The position numbers and the translations under genes were made by a program. This document shows positions 38,690 through 48,680 of a stretch of DNA of 64,000 nt, in pieces. This stretch comes from a virus (lineage: Duplodnaviria; Caudoviricetes). Location of the stretch: positions 5,552 through 69,551 of IMG/VR virus record IMGVR_UViG_3300031965_000017; one strand, 5' to 3'. Below the pieces are notes generated by a model. That model searched no databases. It was not told the origin of the DNA and saw only the letters and a program-made list of their open reading frames with translations. Positions within the stretch are counted from its first letter, which is position 1; each line of letters starts with the position of its first letter.

Positions 38690-38730
38690 TCCAGCGACCT
38701 AGGCTACAGTACCCTAGGTCGCTGGATTAA
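38686..38730. repeat. 18-bp inverted repeat with CCAGCGACC arms
   Basis: ttaatccagcgacctagg-N9-cctaggtcgctggattaa. Confidence 0.9.
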
Positions 38731-38774
38731 CGGTTTTGTTGGTTCTAAGGATTAGGACTGAAAGGGTGCCTATT

Positions 38775-39755
38775 ATGTCTAAGCGGAGAGAGTTTCTTCA
38801 ACTCGCTCATACATGGGATCCCTCTAAGCATGGGATTGCAGGCTGGTATGTAAGCGAAAAATACGATGGAATGCGTGCGTACTGGGACGGCGGTATTAGC
38901 CGTGGCATTATATCATACAGAGTGCCCTATGCCAATACGCTTAAGGACGCGTGTCCGCGAGTATCGACGGGCCTATGGTCCCGGTACGGTAAGGTAATTT
39001 CCGCCCCAGATTATTTCTTGGATTCTCTGCCGAGAATCCCTCTGGATGGCGAGCTATACTTAGGGAAGGGTAGCTTTCAACAATTGGTGAGCATAGTCAA
39101 AAGACACCAGCCCGATGATCGCTGGAAGAATGTTAAATATATTATTTTTGACATTCCAGGTGACGCGGAAATGTTTCAAGATGGCAGACTGACTTCACCC
39201 AATTTCAAAACAGAGTTTGTCAACCTCCACACTAAGATCGAGCGACCCAACGGGAGCGAAATAGTGAGGCGTTTTACTCAGACTTTGAGTATAATGAAGC
39301 ATTTCGTTTCTCCATACGATGATACAATCGAGGTAGCAAAACAGTATCGTTTGCCTCTTCAGACTGATCGGGCTATCGACGAGTTAATGGCTAGAATGGA
39401 CAACGTAATATTAGCCGGCGGCGAGGGGTTAATTTTACGCAAACCTGAGAGTATCTGGACTCCTCAGCGTACTCACCACCTGCTCAAAGTTAAGCGGTTC
39501 TACGATAGTGAAGCCATGGCCACTGGGGTCAATCCTGGCAAAGGAAAGCTGGAAGGGTTAATGGGTAGTCTAATAGTCTTCTGGAAAGGAAAGACGTTTG
39601 AGTTGAGTGGGTTCACTGATCGTGAGCGTTCACTGACGGCTAGCGGAGAGAGTAAATTCTTTCCACCAGGGACCTTGGTTACTTTTAAATATAGGGAGCT
39701 GACTACGGACGGTATCCCTAAAGAGGCTCGTTACCTTAGAGAGGCTGTACAATGA
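38775..39755 (+). CDS. ATP-dependent DNA ligase
   Basis: Motif I EKYDGMR, IIFDIP, GEGLILR, LLKVK and an OB-fold C-terminus. Confidence 0.9.
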   Translation: MSKRREFLQLAHTWDPSKHGIAGWYVSEKYDGMRAYWDGGISRGIISYRVPYANTLKDACPRVSTGLWSRYGKVISAPDYFLDSLPRIPLDGELYLGKGSFQQLVSIVKRHQPDDRWKNVKYIIFDIPGDAEMFQDGRLTSPNFKTEFVNLHTKIERPNGSEIVRRFTQTLSIMKHFVSPYDDTIEVAKQYRLPLQTDRAIDELMARMDNVILAGGEGLILRKPESIWTPQRTHHLLKVKRFYDSEAMATGVNPGKGKLEGLMGSLIVFWKGKTFELSGFTDRERSLTASGESKFFPPGTLVTFKYRELTTDGIPKEARYLREAVQ

Positions 39756-39886
39756 TTATTAAATGCGATAGTTGTGAGATTGATATGGACGAGGTTCATG
39801 CAAACCTTTGTGAAGTCTGCGACTTGAACCTATGTGACGAATGTTTCGACGCAAAGCATTTAGAATGCGAGGAGGACAATGACTGA
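39752..39886 (+). CDS. Small Cys-rich protein (not in the ORF track)
   Basis: CDSC...CEVC...CDEC; ATGA overlap with the ligase stop. Confidence 0.55.
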   Translation: MIIKCDSCEIDMDEVHANLCEVCDLNLCDECFDAKHLECEEDND

Positions 39887-40115
39887 CTATAATGACTACG
39901 ACCGCGAAACCATAATGAAGCTGGCCGAAAAAGCTCTAGTCTCTAATGGTAGTCCTAAAGCACAGGTACACTTTAAGTATACCTGTCCCAAGTGCGGCGA
40001 GCGTTGTACGTTGGAAGAACCAAACACTCTATATGAAAGGGGAACCTGCTTCTCGTGTGGTGCCGACGAGCCTATCGTAAAGGCTGGCTTTATGTTAGCT
40101 ATATGCAATATCTAA
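39879..40115 (+). CDS. Zinc-ribbon protein
   Basis: CPKC...CFSC with GGAGG RBS. Confidence 0.6.
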   Translation: MTDYNDYDRETIMKLAEKALVSNGSPKAQVHFKYTCPKCGERCTLEEPNTLYERGTCFSCGADEPIVKAGFMLAICNI

Positions 40116-40124
40116 GGGAGCACA

Positions 40125-40562
40125 GTGACTAAAAAAATCACACTAATAAAACTGAGAAACATGCTTTTTGAGCTTGGTAATAAGGCAGTCTTCGTGGGGC
40201 TGGATGTGGAGACCTACCCCAAAGTTAAAGTGTCCAGCAGCCCTATTATCAAGCGAGCCAGGATCGCTGGTCGAGCTGGAGCAAAATACCGCGATCCAAC
40301 GTACCAGCGATCATGGGGCAAGCGGCTGGCGGAATCGCCAATGGTTGAACACGAAGGTAACTACTACCTAGAGATTGAGGTTACCTCGGTCCCGGAGGAA
40401 GAGTACTTTGACAAGTTGAGCGGGGAGGAAATTACTAAGGAGGAAGCACATAAGCGAGGCTACCGTCAACGGAACGATAGCTATCTCCAGGTGTTTCGGG
40501 ACTACAAACTGTCGAGTATCAAGAAGCTCAGGCTGAACAAGGAGGAGTACGAGGTTACCTAA
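40125..40562 (+). CDS. Hypothetical protein
   Basis: GGGAG RBS; 145 aa. Confidence 0.55.
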   Translation: MTKKITLIKLRNMLFELGNKAVFVGLDVETYPKVKVSSSPIIKRARIAGRAGAKYRDPTYQRSWGKRLAESPMVEHEGNYYLEIEVTSVPEEEYFDKLSGEEITKEEAHKRGYRQRNDSYLQVFRDYKLSSIKKLRLNKEEYEVT

Positions 40563-40849
40563 TGACAAATACGACGCACTATGTATGCACGGATGAAATC
40601 GTCGCCGCGTTTCCGACGAAACAGGCATGTAACAATTGGCTTAAAAAGCAGCCAACGCAAAGTAACCCTGCCAATATCAGCCGCTACACGGCTCGTAGGT
40701 TACTGGTCCAGCTAAAAGGGCTGGGGTGTTATAAAGGATCAAAGGACTCTATAAAGGAGACTATTAGGGCTAACTCTGCTACAGCATTAACCAAAATGTC
40801 TATTGAAGCTGGACACGGTGTCTTTTGTTTCCCGCCTATTAAAATCTAA
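40562..40849 (+). CDS. Hypothetical protein
   Basis: TAATG coupling. Confidence 0.5.
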   Translation: MTNTTHYVCTDEIVAAFPTKQACNNWLKKQPTQSNPANISRYTARRLLVQLKGLGCYKGSKDSIKETIRANSATALTKMSIEAGHGVFCFPPIKI

Positions 40850-40859
40850 GGATTAAGAA

Positions 40860-41477
40860 ATGTGTGAACCAGCCCATAGTATCGTTCAGTTTGACACAAG
40901 AGAGTGTCCTTACAGTGGTGAGCCATTCGGAGGAATTCACCACGCTAGAATAGGTCCGTATGTGATGATACATCAACCGGGCATGGGTCATAGCGAGGCT
41001 ATGGACAATGCCAATATAGTCTCCCCAGCACTGTGGAAGTACCTGCCACCGCCCCTCTACTGGGAGGGGTATTGGTGGGAAGGCGATACGATCCTTTACG
41101 ATGGCTCTATCGAGAGATATGCGTCCTGCGGTATAGATTTTCATGATGCCAAGGCTGCGGCCTACGAATTTAATAAGCGGACAGTGATGAAGGACATCAG
41201 GACGCTTCGCAATTTTATCGAGCAATCGATGATGACCAGCGACCGGCGAGAATACTACTCGTCGCGTGTCAGCATCAATATGCTGGTGCTAGCATCATCA
41301 GGGATTCTTGAGGAAAAACTCCGTCGTATACGACAGACTTATAGGACGCAGGAACAATACCGGACCATGCAAACCTCGGCCACGGTTGGGATGCTGCGGA
41401 ACAAAAAGAACGTGAAAAAGAAATTCCACTACCTGTGGGAGAGAGGAGAGGAGCCTATGATTGCTCAGAGTGTCTAA
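40860..41477 (+). CDS. Hypothetical protein
   Basis: 205-aa ORF. Confidence 0.55.
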   Translation: MCEPAHSIVQFDTRECPYSGEPFGGIHHARIGPYVMIHQPGMGHSEAMDNANIVSPALWKYLPPPLYWEGYWWEGDTILYDGSIERYASCGIDFHDAKAAAYEFNKRTVMKDIRTLRNFIEQSMMTSDRREYYSSRVSINMLVLASSGILEEKLRRIRQTYRTQEQYRTMQTSATVGMLRNKKNVKKKFHYLWERGEEPMIAQSV

Positions 41478-41639
41478 AATAGTTAATTAATTAAATATAG
41501 AATGGGCCGCCCATTGATCACCCGGCTGGTAAGGGTTGGGAGGTCGCTCAAAGCTCCCAAGCAAACGTGCTTAACCCAGCAAGGCCCAAAACGCCTACTA
41601 ACCATGAGGAGTATAGTCATGAGGATTTAACAATGGTCG

Positions 41640-41677
41640 ATCCAGCGACCCTGTTTCAGAAACCAGGGTCGCTGGAT
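41640..41677. repeat. 14-bp inverted repeat with CCAGCGACC arms
   Basis: atccagcgaccctg-N10-cagggtcgctggat. Confidence 0.9.
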
Positions 41678-41713
41678 TGTTTCTCGTAGGAACTTTTAAA
41701 AGGATATAGGACA

Positions 41714-41917
41714 ATGAGCATTGATATTGCGTTGGCGAGACAATTGCTGGACGAGTACGAGGTTGAGTCGAGCCAAGCGGAAGCAGCGAAAACTGAACTG
41801 ACAACGGCCCAAGTGAATCTCGATACTGCAGTTACTAATTACACTCGTGAGAACGACGAGGCTAAGGCAAAACTGAAAGAGTTAGTGACCGCTTTGCAAG
41901 CAGCACTGGCGGACTAG
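41714..41917 (+). CDS. Small coiled-coil protein
   Basis: AGGA RBS; helical heptads. Confidence 0.55.
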   Translation: MSIDIALARQLLDEYEVESSQAEAAKTELTTAQVNLDTAVTNYTRENDEAKAKLKELVTALQAALAD

Positions 41918-42395
41918 GTAAAGGGGTACTGGACACTGCCAGCTAGCAGTGTCCAGTATCCAGGGCAGTACTATTACTGCCCTGGATACTGGACAATCAC
42001 TGAAGGAGGATGGTTATGGGTCGAATCAAACCGTTAAAGTCTCGAACAATGAAACTCGACGAATTACAAAAGGCAACTCTAAAATTATACCAGCAGGTTC
42101 GTCGTCAGATGAACCGACAGCCATGGCAGGGCGGTATGAGTGACGGCGAGTTTCTGGACCGTGAGATATTGAATAAATCCAGTGACCCTGAATCAGTATA
42201 ATAATTTTTATCAGTATTACTGGTCGCTGGATTATTAAGCAGACAGCAGTTCATATCGGACCACTAACTGTTGGTTGGCATTGGCGTTCACGAAAACCAC
42301 AGTGATCTTGTAGTGTAGTGACCCTGAATCAGTATAATAATTTTATCAGTATTACTGGTCGCTGGTCGCTGGATTATTAAGCGAGGGAGTAACCA

Positions 42396-42599
42396 ATGAT
42401 CAAACCAGGTGACAGGTTCGGTAATTTTGTAGTAGTGAAGCGGACACGGGGCAGTACGACCTGGCTGTGCCGCTGTGACTGCGGCGTCGAGATCGAGAGG
42501 TCCACGTACAGCCTCCATCGGCCATTGTGTCCAATGTGTTCATCGTGTCGCAAGTCCAATCGTCGCTGGAAGGTACCAGGGGATTACTCTTATATTTAA
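42396..42599 (+). CDS. Short protein resembling the N-terminal part of HNH/AP2 homing endonucleases
   Basis: GDRFGNFVV...WLCRCDCG motif; no nuclease domain follows. Confidence 0.45.
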   Translation: MIKPGDRFGNFVVVKRTRGSTTWLCRCDCGVEIERSTYSLHRPLCPMCSSCRKSNRRWKVPGDYSYI

Positions 42600-42607
42600 G
42601 GAATAGC

Positions 42608-43988
42608 ATGGCACGGCAAAAAATTTATCTGGGTGACAGCGTATATGCTGAGTACGATGGGTACAATGTGATTCTAACAACAGAAAACGGATTATACGAT
42701 GATCCAAGTAATCGTATTGTTATGGAACCAAGAATAATATTAGTATTCACAGAATCTATTAAAAAGTTTTATGGGAGCGGAAACGATGACGAAACTGAAA
42801 ATCACTAGTGACCATAAGTCGCATCCAGCCGACAAGTTCGGCGACCTGGAATCAAGCGATCTGTTTGTGTTTCGCTACAACATATTCGAGCTGTGTCTGC
42901 GACTGAAAGGAACTCAGTTCTGCAATCTGGAAAATGGGGAACTTTGTTCGTCTGCTGGTGACGTCCCTGTGTTTCGCTGCCATGGCAGGTTGGTGTGGGA
43001 ACTTGAGTAGCGATATTACCAAAAATCTAACTAAGGGAAACTGAGTATTTAAGGAGGGGATGATGAAAAGGAGTGGAAAGAAAACGATGCGGAAACCCCT
43101 GGGTATAATCGGCACCCTTAAGAGTCGATGGAGTGAATAATGTTATGGCTACATGGAGTTTGGAAAGTTAGCAGTAGAGAAGGATTGTTTTTATTAATTA
43201 TTTACGAGGAGGACGCTAAGTCAATACTGGAAGCACACATACTTAGTCCTGCAGGGATTACGGTTAAAAAATACCAGACCAAAGACATTATATCATTGAC
43301 AGAATTGGCTTCAATCGCTGAGGTTGTAGTAGACCGTCTAATAGAGAAATTTCCAGGTAGTAAGAAACATTATTACTCGTATGATAACTATGAAAGGAAC
43401 ATAAGTCAATGTCTGCTTTACTCACTGATCCAGTAACAGTAGCACTAGCGTTGTCATTTTACCATGACAAACTTTCTCCTTTTGAGAGAGCAAACAATGT
43501 AATCGAACACTTTGAAGTGAACCAGATAGAGCGTACCATCGGCTCAGGGTCGCTGGCCGCTATTATAGCAAACCGGGGTGTCCAAGCCTTTAGGCTTATG
43601 CCTCGGGACATGTTGGTAGTATATATTAATCATGCTCTTGAATTCTATGGAAAATACAATGAATCTCAAATTTAGCTACCCACTGATCACAGCTGAACCA
43701 GAAGTCTTCGCCCGCATTAAAGAGTGTGAAAAACTTATTGAGGACAATCTTTTATTACGGGATAGTTGGGTAATGTGTTTCGAAACATTGACTAGACTGG
43801 GGCGTAACGAGAAGGGCACAGGAGTACTTATGTGGACAGATTTCGCCCCATTCTCGTTCATGTGGAAAGCTGCCGGGCTAACTGGTGGATTGATTTTTCA
43901 TGGATCATTTGATGGGTATGGATCAGGGAGCGGGCCTACATACTCAGTTTGTATAGAGAAGACCACTGGATGGGCTTTGCATTCATAA
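42608..43988 (+). other. Run of small hypothetical genes (42608-42808, 42786-43010, 43140-43436, 43409-43675, 43659-43988)
   Basis: Closely packed + strand ORFs of 66-110 aa; no recognised motifs. Confidence 0.5.
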
Positions 43989-44026
43989 TCATACATAATC
44001 ATACATAATCATTCATAGGAGGCAAT

Positions 44027-44212
44027 ATGCTAGTTTTGTCAAGGAAAAAAGACGAAAAGATTTACATTACTCTCCCTAGTGGTGAAGAAATTATTTTAAC
44101 ACTAGTAGATATTCGATTACATAGCTCTAGAATAGGAATTGATGCCCCACTAGACTGTAGAATACTAAGGGAGGAGCTAATAAAGCTGGAAGCTAATGAA
44201 ATACTTAATTGA
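44027..44212 (+). CDS. csrA: CsrA/RsmA-like translational regulator
   Basis: MLVLSRKKDEKIYI...RIGIDAP...ILREEL with AGGAGG RBS. Confidence 0.9.
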   Translation: MLVLSRKKDEKIYITLPSGEEIILTLVDIRLHSSRIGIDAPLDCRILREELIKLEANEILN

Positions 44213-44444
44213 AAACAAAATTCTTTTTAAAATGTCTGATAGAAACTGGCAAGGATTCTGCAAAGCAAAGTCTCAAGGAGTTGATCCTTCGCCAGCGGAG
44301 TTTGGTGGGGTTTTACTAGAGTACAATGTACCGGACATTACAGATTGGGACATGGATGACTACGCTAAGGATGCTAAGGACGCTGCAGCGGAACCCAGAG
44401 TGGATGAGCCTAAGAGAAATCGAAGACTCAGCAAGCGGTCTTAA
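44196..44444 (+). CDS. Hypothetical protein
   Basis: Overlaps the end of csrA. Confidence 0.45.
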   Translation: MKYLIENKILFKMSDRNWQGFCKAKSQGVDPSPAEFGGVLLEYNVPDITDWDMDDYAKDAKDAAAEPRVDEPKRNRRLSKRS

Positions 44445-45009
44445 ATTGACTACTGTATACTATGCTGCCCTGACTACTTGGTGGACATGCTTCCCCCAAG
44501 ATCTCTACACAATGCCCGACAGTGGGCTACCGTGCGACCCACGGAGGTCGCCTCTCTTTCAAGCCGATCTAGATGCCTTTCTGGCAGTGGCGAAACGCAA
44601 TGTGGAACATTATGGAGCCGGAGGTCTCAAAGCTCTAGAAGCAGCGTTCCATGGTAATATTATTCTAGCAGACAGTGGCTGGCCCACTAGCCTTGAAAAG
44701 TGGGATAGCGTTAACTCTTTTTTGGGTCTGTGAGGGTATAATGGTAGCAAACAATGGGATTTCGGTGAGGCAATTGGGTAACAGGACGATACCGGAACCA
44801 ACAATACGGTTAGAATGGGGCGAGGACCTTAGTGCTGAAAACCGAGAAAGATTAAAAGAAGGAGAAACAGCGTTGTTGTATGATGCGGAGGGGAAAACCG
44901 TACCGCTTCATTCTTCTTAGCAGCGATGGGGTTTTAAGAGAAAAGAAGTACTCACCGGACGGGATTAATGTTAGAGGGAAATTGTTCGACTTAATTATGG
45001 AAAGGATTA

Positions 45010-45273
45010 ATGATGAAAAGGCTTATTGAGGACGACAGTGCTAGCGGGTTTGATACTATGCTAGGGGAAAAGATTTGCTTGTTCTGCGGTGTGTATTTTT
45101 ATACCGGCGAGCTGGTAGGCGTTAATAGCGACCACCTGGAACTCAAATCACCCAAACTGATCTATGAGACCGGCGAGCTTAGCACAGGTGGATGGAAGAA
45201 TGCTCAAGATCTTCCATCGCCGTGGAGAGTTATGCTTCAGGGAATAGAGTCTTGGGGCCCAGCTAAGTGCTAA
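45010..45273 (+). CDS. Small Sm/LSm-like beta-barrel protein
   Basis: LGEKICLF...YTGELVGVN..HLEL resembles Sm1 and VMLQGIESW resembles Sm2; fold is inferred. Confidence 0.5.
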   Translation: MMKRLIEDDSASGFDTMLGEKICLFCGVYFYTGELVGVNSDHLELKSPKLIYETGELSTGGWKNAQDLPSPWRVMLQGIESWGPAKC

Positions 45274-45333
45274 TAGTATTATATATTGTAAAGAAACGCG
45301 ACGCTGGCTGGCCTAACGGCCAGCGTCACTGAC

Positions 45334-45385
45334 CCAGTGACCATGAATCAGGATAATAATTATTATCCTGATTCATGGTCACTGG
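45334..45385. repeat. Perfect 52-bp palindrome
   Basis: ccagtgaccatgaatcaggataataa|ttattatcctgattcatggtcactgg; degenerate copies at 42179, 42317, 46320, 47368 and 47455. Confidence 0.95.
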
Positions 45386-45410
45386 TCACTGGATTATAAA
45401 AGGAGTAATA

Positions 45411-46336
45411 ATGTTACCACTTAATAGGAAGTCTGGGTCTCGGTCTAGGTCTGGGTCTGGGTCTGGGTCTTGGTCTCGGTCTAGGTCTGGGTCTGGGTCT
45501 GGGTCTGGGTCTGGGTCTTGGTCTTGGTCTTGGTCTCGGTTTCGGTCTTGGTCTTGGTCTGGGTCTGGGTCTTGGTCTCGGTCTTGGTCTCGGTGACATA
45601 AAATGCTAATTAATAAGAAATGTAAATATCGATTGGAATCTAAGTCTGGGTCTCAATCTGTGTCTTGGTCTGGGTCTGGGTCATGGTCTCTGCCTAAATC
45701 TAAGTCTAAGTTTGGGTATTGGTTCCCGATTAAGGAGTAATAATGTTACCACTTAATAGGAAGTCTCGGTCTGGGTCTGTGTATTGGTTCCATGATATAT
45801 AAGCCAGCGAAGGAGTAATAATGTTACCACTTAATAGGAAATTTAGGTCTCGGTCTCGGTCTCTGCCTCGGTCTCTGCCTCGGTCTCGGTCTCGGTCTCG
45901 ATCTCGGTATCGGTCTTGGTCTGGGTCTTGGTCTTTGTCTTGGTCTTGGTCTGGGTATTGGTCTGGGTTTCGGTCTTTGTATTGGTCTCGGTCTCGGTCC
46001 GAGGAGAGATAATGATTAATATAAAACGCCGAGCTATTGGTAAATCGAGGGCTATGCATTGTCCATGGTCGTGGTCTGGGAAGCTGTCTCACGCTTGGTC
46101 GTATATTGGAAACTTTATGGGGTCTGTGTCTGGCTCACAATCTAGATATGGATCAGGGTCTGGAGTATGGTCACGGTATTGGTCTAAATAAAATGATGCT
46201 AATTACTAAGAAACGTAAATATAGGTCGTGGTCATGGTGTTGGTCATGGTGTTGGTCTAGAGTTGGAACAGGGTCTTGGTCTTTGTCTTACTCTGGGTCT
46301 CGGTCTCGGTCTAAATCATCCAGTGACCCTGAATAA
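45411..46336 (+). CDS. Array of six short Ser/Arg/Trp/Gly dipeptide-repeat ORFs (45411-45596, 45603-45740, 45743-45802, 45821-46012, 46012-46191, 46193-46336)
   Basis: Three share the leader AAGGAGTAATAATGTTACCACTTAATAGGAA (MLPLNRK); all have a basic N-terminus and (S-X)n tracts; tight spacing. Confidence 0.65.
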
Positions 46337-46412
46337 AGATAATAAATATTATACTGATTACTGGTCGCTGGTCGCTGGATTACTTTTACTTTTACTTTTA
46401 CTGGAGGGGAAA

Positions 46413-47366
46413 ATGAGAATTCCGACTTATTTATCACCAACGTCGCTAGGTATCTGGAAAGCTGACCGCGAGCAATACTACTTGCAATATCTTTCCGAGA
46501 ATCGGCCACCGCGACCACCGCAAACCGAACCAATGTCTGTAGGTTCAGCTTTTGATGCTCACGTTAAGAGCTATCTATACGGCAAAGATGGGCCATTGTG
46601 TGATGTTTTTGATTTTACAACATTGTTTGAAGCACAGGTCGATCCAGCGAACCGCGACTTTGCACTGGTCGCTGGCAAGGAATGTATGGATGTGTATAGA
46701 AGTAGTGGAGCACTATCAGCTCTTGAAAAACTGATAGGTGGGGCGGCCCCTAGGTTTGAATTTACAGTGGAAGGGACAGTTAACGGCGTTCCGCTACTTG
46801 GAAAACCAGATATTTATTTTACTAATGATGATGGTATTAACATTTTACTCGATTGGAAAGTGAACGGGTATTGCGGCGGAGGTAGGAGTCCTACTTCGGG
46901 GTACACTGAGCTATATTATGCTGATGGTACACGAGGAGGGTCACACAAAAAAGCCCAGCTGTTCAAGCTCGGCACCGCCGGCCACGGAGGGGCCAGCCTT
47001 ACAGTGAACGGTGCCTCCACGCTAGATATGGTTGACAAAAGCTGGGCTACCCAATTGGCTACATACGGCTGGCTTTGCGGCGAGCCTGTTGGTAGCGACT
47101 TTGTCGTCGCTCTCGATCAAATCTACCGAACGAGGGGAGGAGGGAACAGGCTCGCGGTTGCCACCCACCGCTGTTATATAGGGTGTGACTTTCAAAAAAC
47201 AGTTATAAGCGAGTACTCCACTTTGTGGGAAATTATTAATAGCGGCTATATTTTCCGTGATATGACCAAAGAAGAAAGCTGGTCACGGCAAACTATGCTC
47301 GATCAAGTCGGAGACGCCTATGATGGGGATGATGAGCTTACAGATTTTCTTCGCGAAATGAGGTAA
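46413..47366 (+). CDS. PD-(D/E)XK nuclease (RecB/Cas4-like exonuclease)
   Basis: LSPTSL, VGSAFD, LLGKPD, LLDWK and QLATY; GGAGG RBS. Confidence 0.8.
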   Translation: MRIPTYLSPTSLGIWKADREQYYLQYLSENRPPRPPQTEPMSVGSAFDAHVKSYLYGKDGPLCDVFDFTTLFEAQVDPANRDFALVAGKECMDVYRSSGALSALEKLIGGAAPRFEFTVEGTVNGVPLLGKPDIYFTNDDGINILLDWKVNGYCGGGRSPTSGYTELYYADGTRGGSHKKAQLFKLGTAGHGGASLTVNGASTLDMVDKSWATQLATYGWLCGEPVGSDFVVALDQIYRTRGGGNRLAVATHRCYIGCDFQKTVISEYSTLWEIINSGYIFRDMTKEESWSRQTMLDQVGDAYDGDDELTDFLREMR

Positions 47367-47676
47367 TCCAGCGACCCTGAATCAGGATAATATTATTATC
47401 AGTATTATGGGATTATGGTCGCTGTAACGCGGCCATTGGATAACCCAGTGATGTAGTGACCAGTAATCAAGATAATAATTATTATCCTCATTACTGGTCA
47501 CTGGAGATGATATGTTAATTATGAAACTACGCTGGGAAATCGGGAAGACTCTTGCGAACTGCGGAGAATTAACATTCCGACACGGTGAGGAATCTGAGCG
47601 GTTCCGTACCACTGTGCGATCAGGGATTATGCCTCCTGGTTTCGAGGGTATCCTCGAATCTGGATGGGAATCTCGT

Positions 47677-47913
47677 CCATGATAAAATTATCATGGTCCA
47701 TGGTGATACCCTCAACCATGATAATTTTATCATGGACGAGGGTCGCTACATCGCTGGATTCCGGTCCATGATAAATTTATCATGGTCCATGGTGATACCC
47801 TGGTCATGATAAATTTATCATGGATTCTAGGTCACTACATCGCTACATCGCTACATCGCTACATCGCTACATCGCTGGATTACCAATGCCTGTTATGATA
47901 AATTTATCATAAC
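47677..47913. promoter_or_regulatory. Cluster of five ATGATAA(A/T)(A/T)TTATCAT palindromes (operator-like)
   Basis: Copies at 47677, 47716, 47766, 47805 and 47892; another at 53566. Confidence 0.7.
47835..47874. repeat. 8-bp tandem repeat ctacatcg x5
   Basis: Read directly; ends in ctggat. Confidence 0.9.
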
Positions 47914-47958
47914 GGCACTTTGAGATAAAAATATTGCATTCTTTGGGAGGGAGGGGAC

Positions 47959-48309
47959 ATGATAGGCGACAAGCTTAATGAGATTCTGACTTTTCTACCG
48001 GGGTGTTCTCGCGGAATAGTAGCCGACCGAATGGGAAACTACTTTTTTATGTATCCCGTTGGGCCTGTGACTAGAATAGGGGTTACTACTGGTCGGAGAG
48101 TACTAAAATCGGTCACAGTTGACGATCAAACAGAGAGACTAGCTTCCCGCTTTCGGGAGTTTGCAGCAGACAGGGGAGCTACCATTGTATTTGATCGCTT
48201 TATACCTCCGGCTGTATCTGGGCCGTTGAAGACGGGGCGGACCACGTTTGTATGGAAACGAACGGGAGGTAACGTTCCTGAACTTATGGGTAGTATTATT
48301 ACATTGTAG
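47959..48309 (+). CDS. Hypothetical protein
   Basis: Strong GGAGG RBS. Confidence 0.6.
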   Translation: MIGDKLNEILTFLPGCSRGIVADRMGNYFFMYPVGPVTRIGVTTGRRVLKSVTVDDQTERLASRFREFAADRGATIVFDRFIPPAVSGPLKTGRTTFVWKRTGGNVPELMGSIITL

Positions 48310-48438
48310 CTGCACAATATCGCTACATCGCTGGATTCAATCCAGCGACCAGTGAGCTAGTTTCGTCTTTCTTTCGCTGCACGATATTTTTAAAAATTTT
48401 TAAGCACTTTTTTAGCTAGTTTCGTCTTTTTAGATTAC

Positions 48439-48680
48439 TGGTCGCTAGATTTCTAGATTTCTAGGTCGCTGGTCGCTAGATTTCTAGGTCGCTAGATTTC
48501 TAGGTCGCTGGATTTCTAGGTCGCTAGGTCGCTAGGTCGCTAGATTTCTAGATTTCTAGGTCGCTAGATTTCTAGATTTCTAGGTCGCTAGGTCGCTAGG
48601 TCGCTAGGTCGCTAGGTCGCTAGGTCGCTAGGTCGCTAGGTCGCTAGGTCGCTAGGTCGCTAGGTCGCTAGGTCGCTGGA
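48439..48680. repeat. Compound 8-bp microsatellite (ggtcgcta / gatttcta units)
   Basis: Mixed units, ending in a pure ggtcgcta run and ggtcgctggat. Confidence 0.95.

Noticed and set aside
45414-46092. Minus-strand (PR)n and (DR)n ORFs
   Set aside because: Antisense shadows of the Ser-X repeats; the RBS and duplicated starts are on the + strand.
46413-47366. Cas4 as evidence of a CRISPR system
   Set aside because: Stand-alone PD-(D/E)XK exonuclease with no Fe-S cysteine cluster seen and no array; common in phages.
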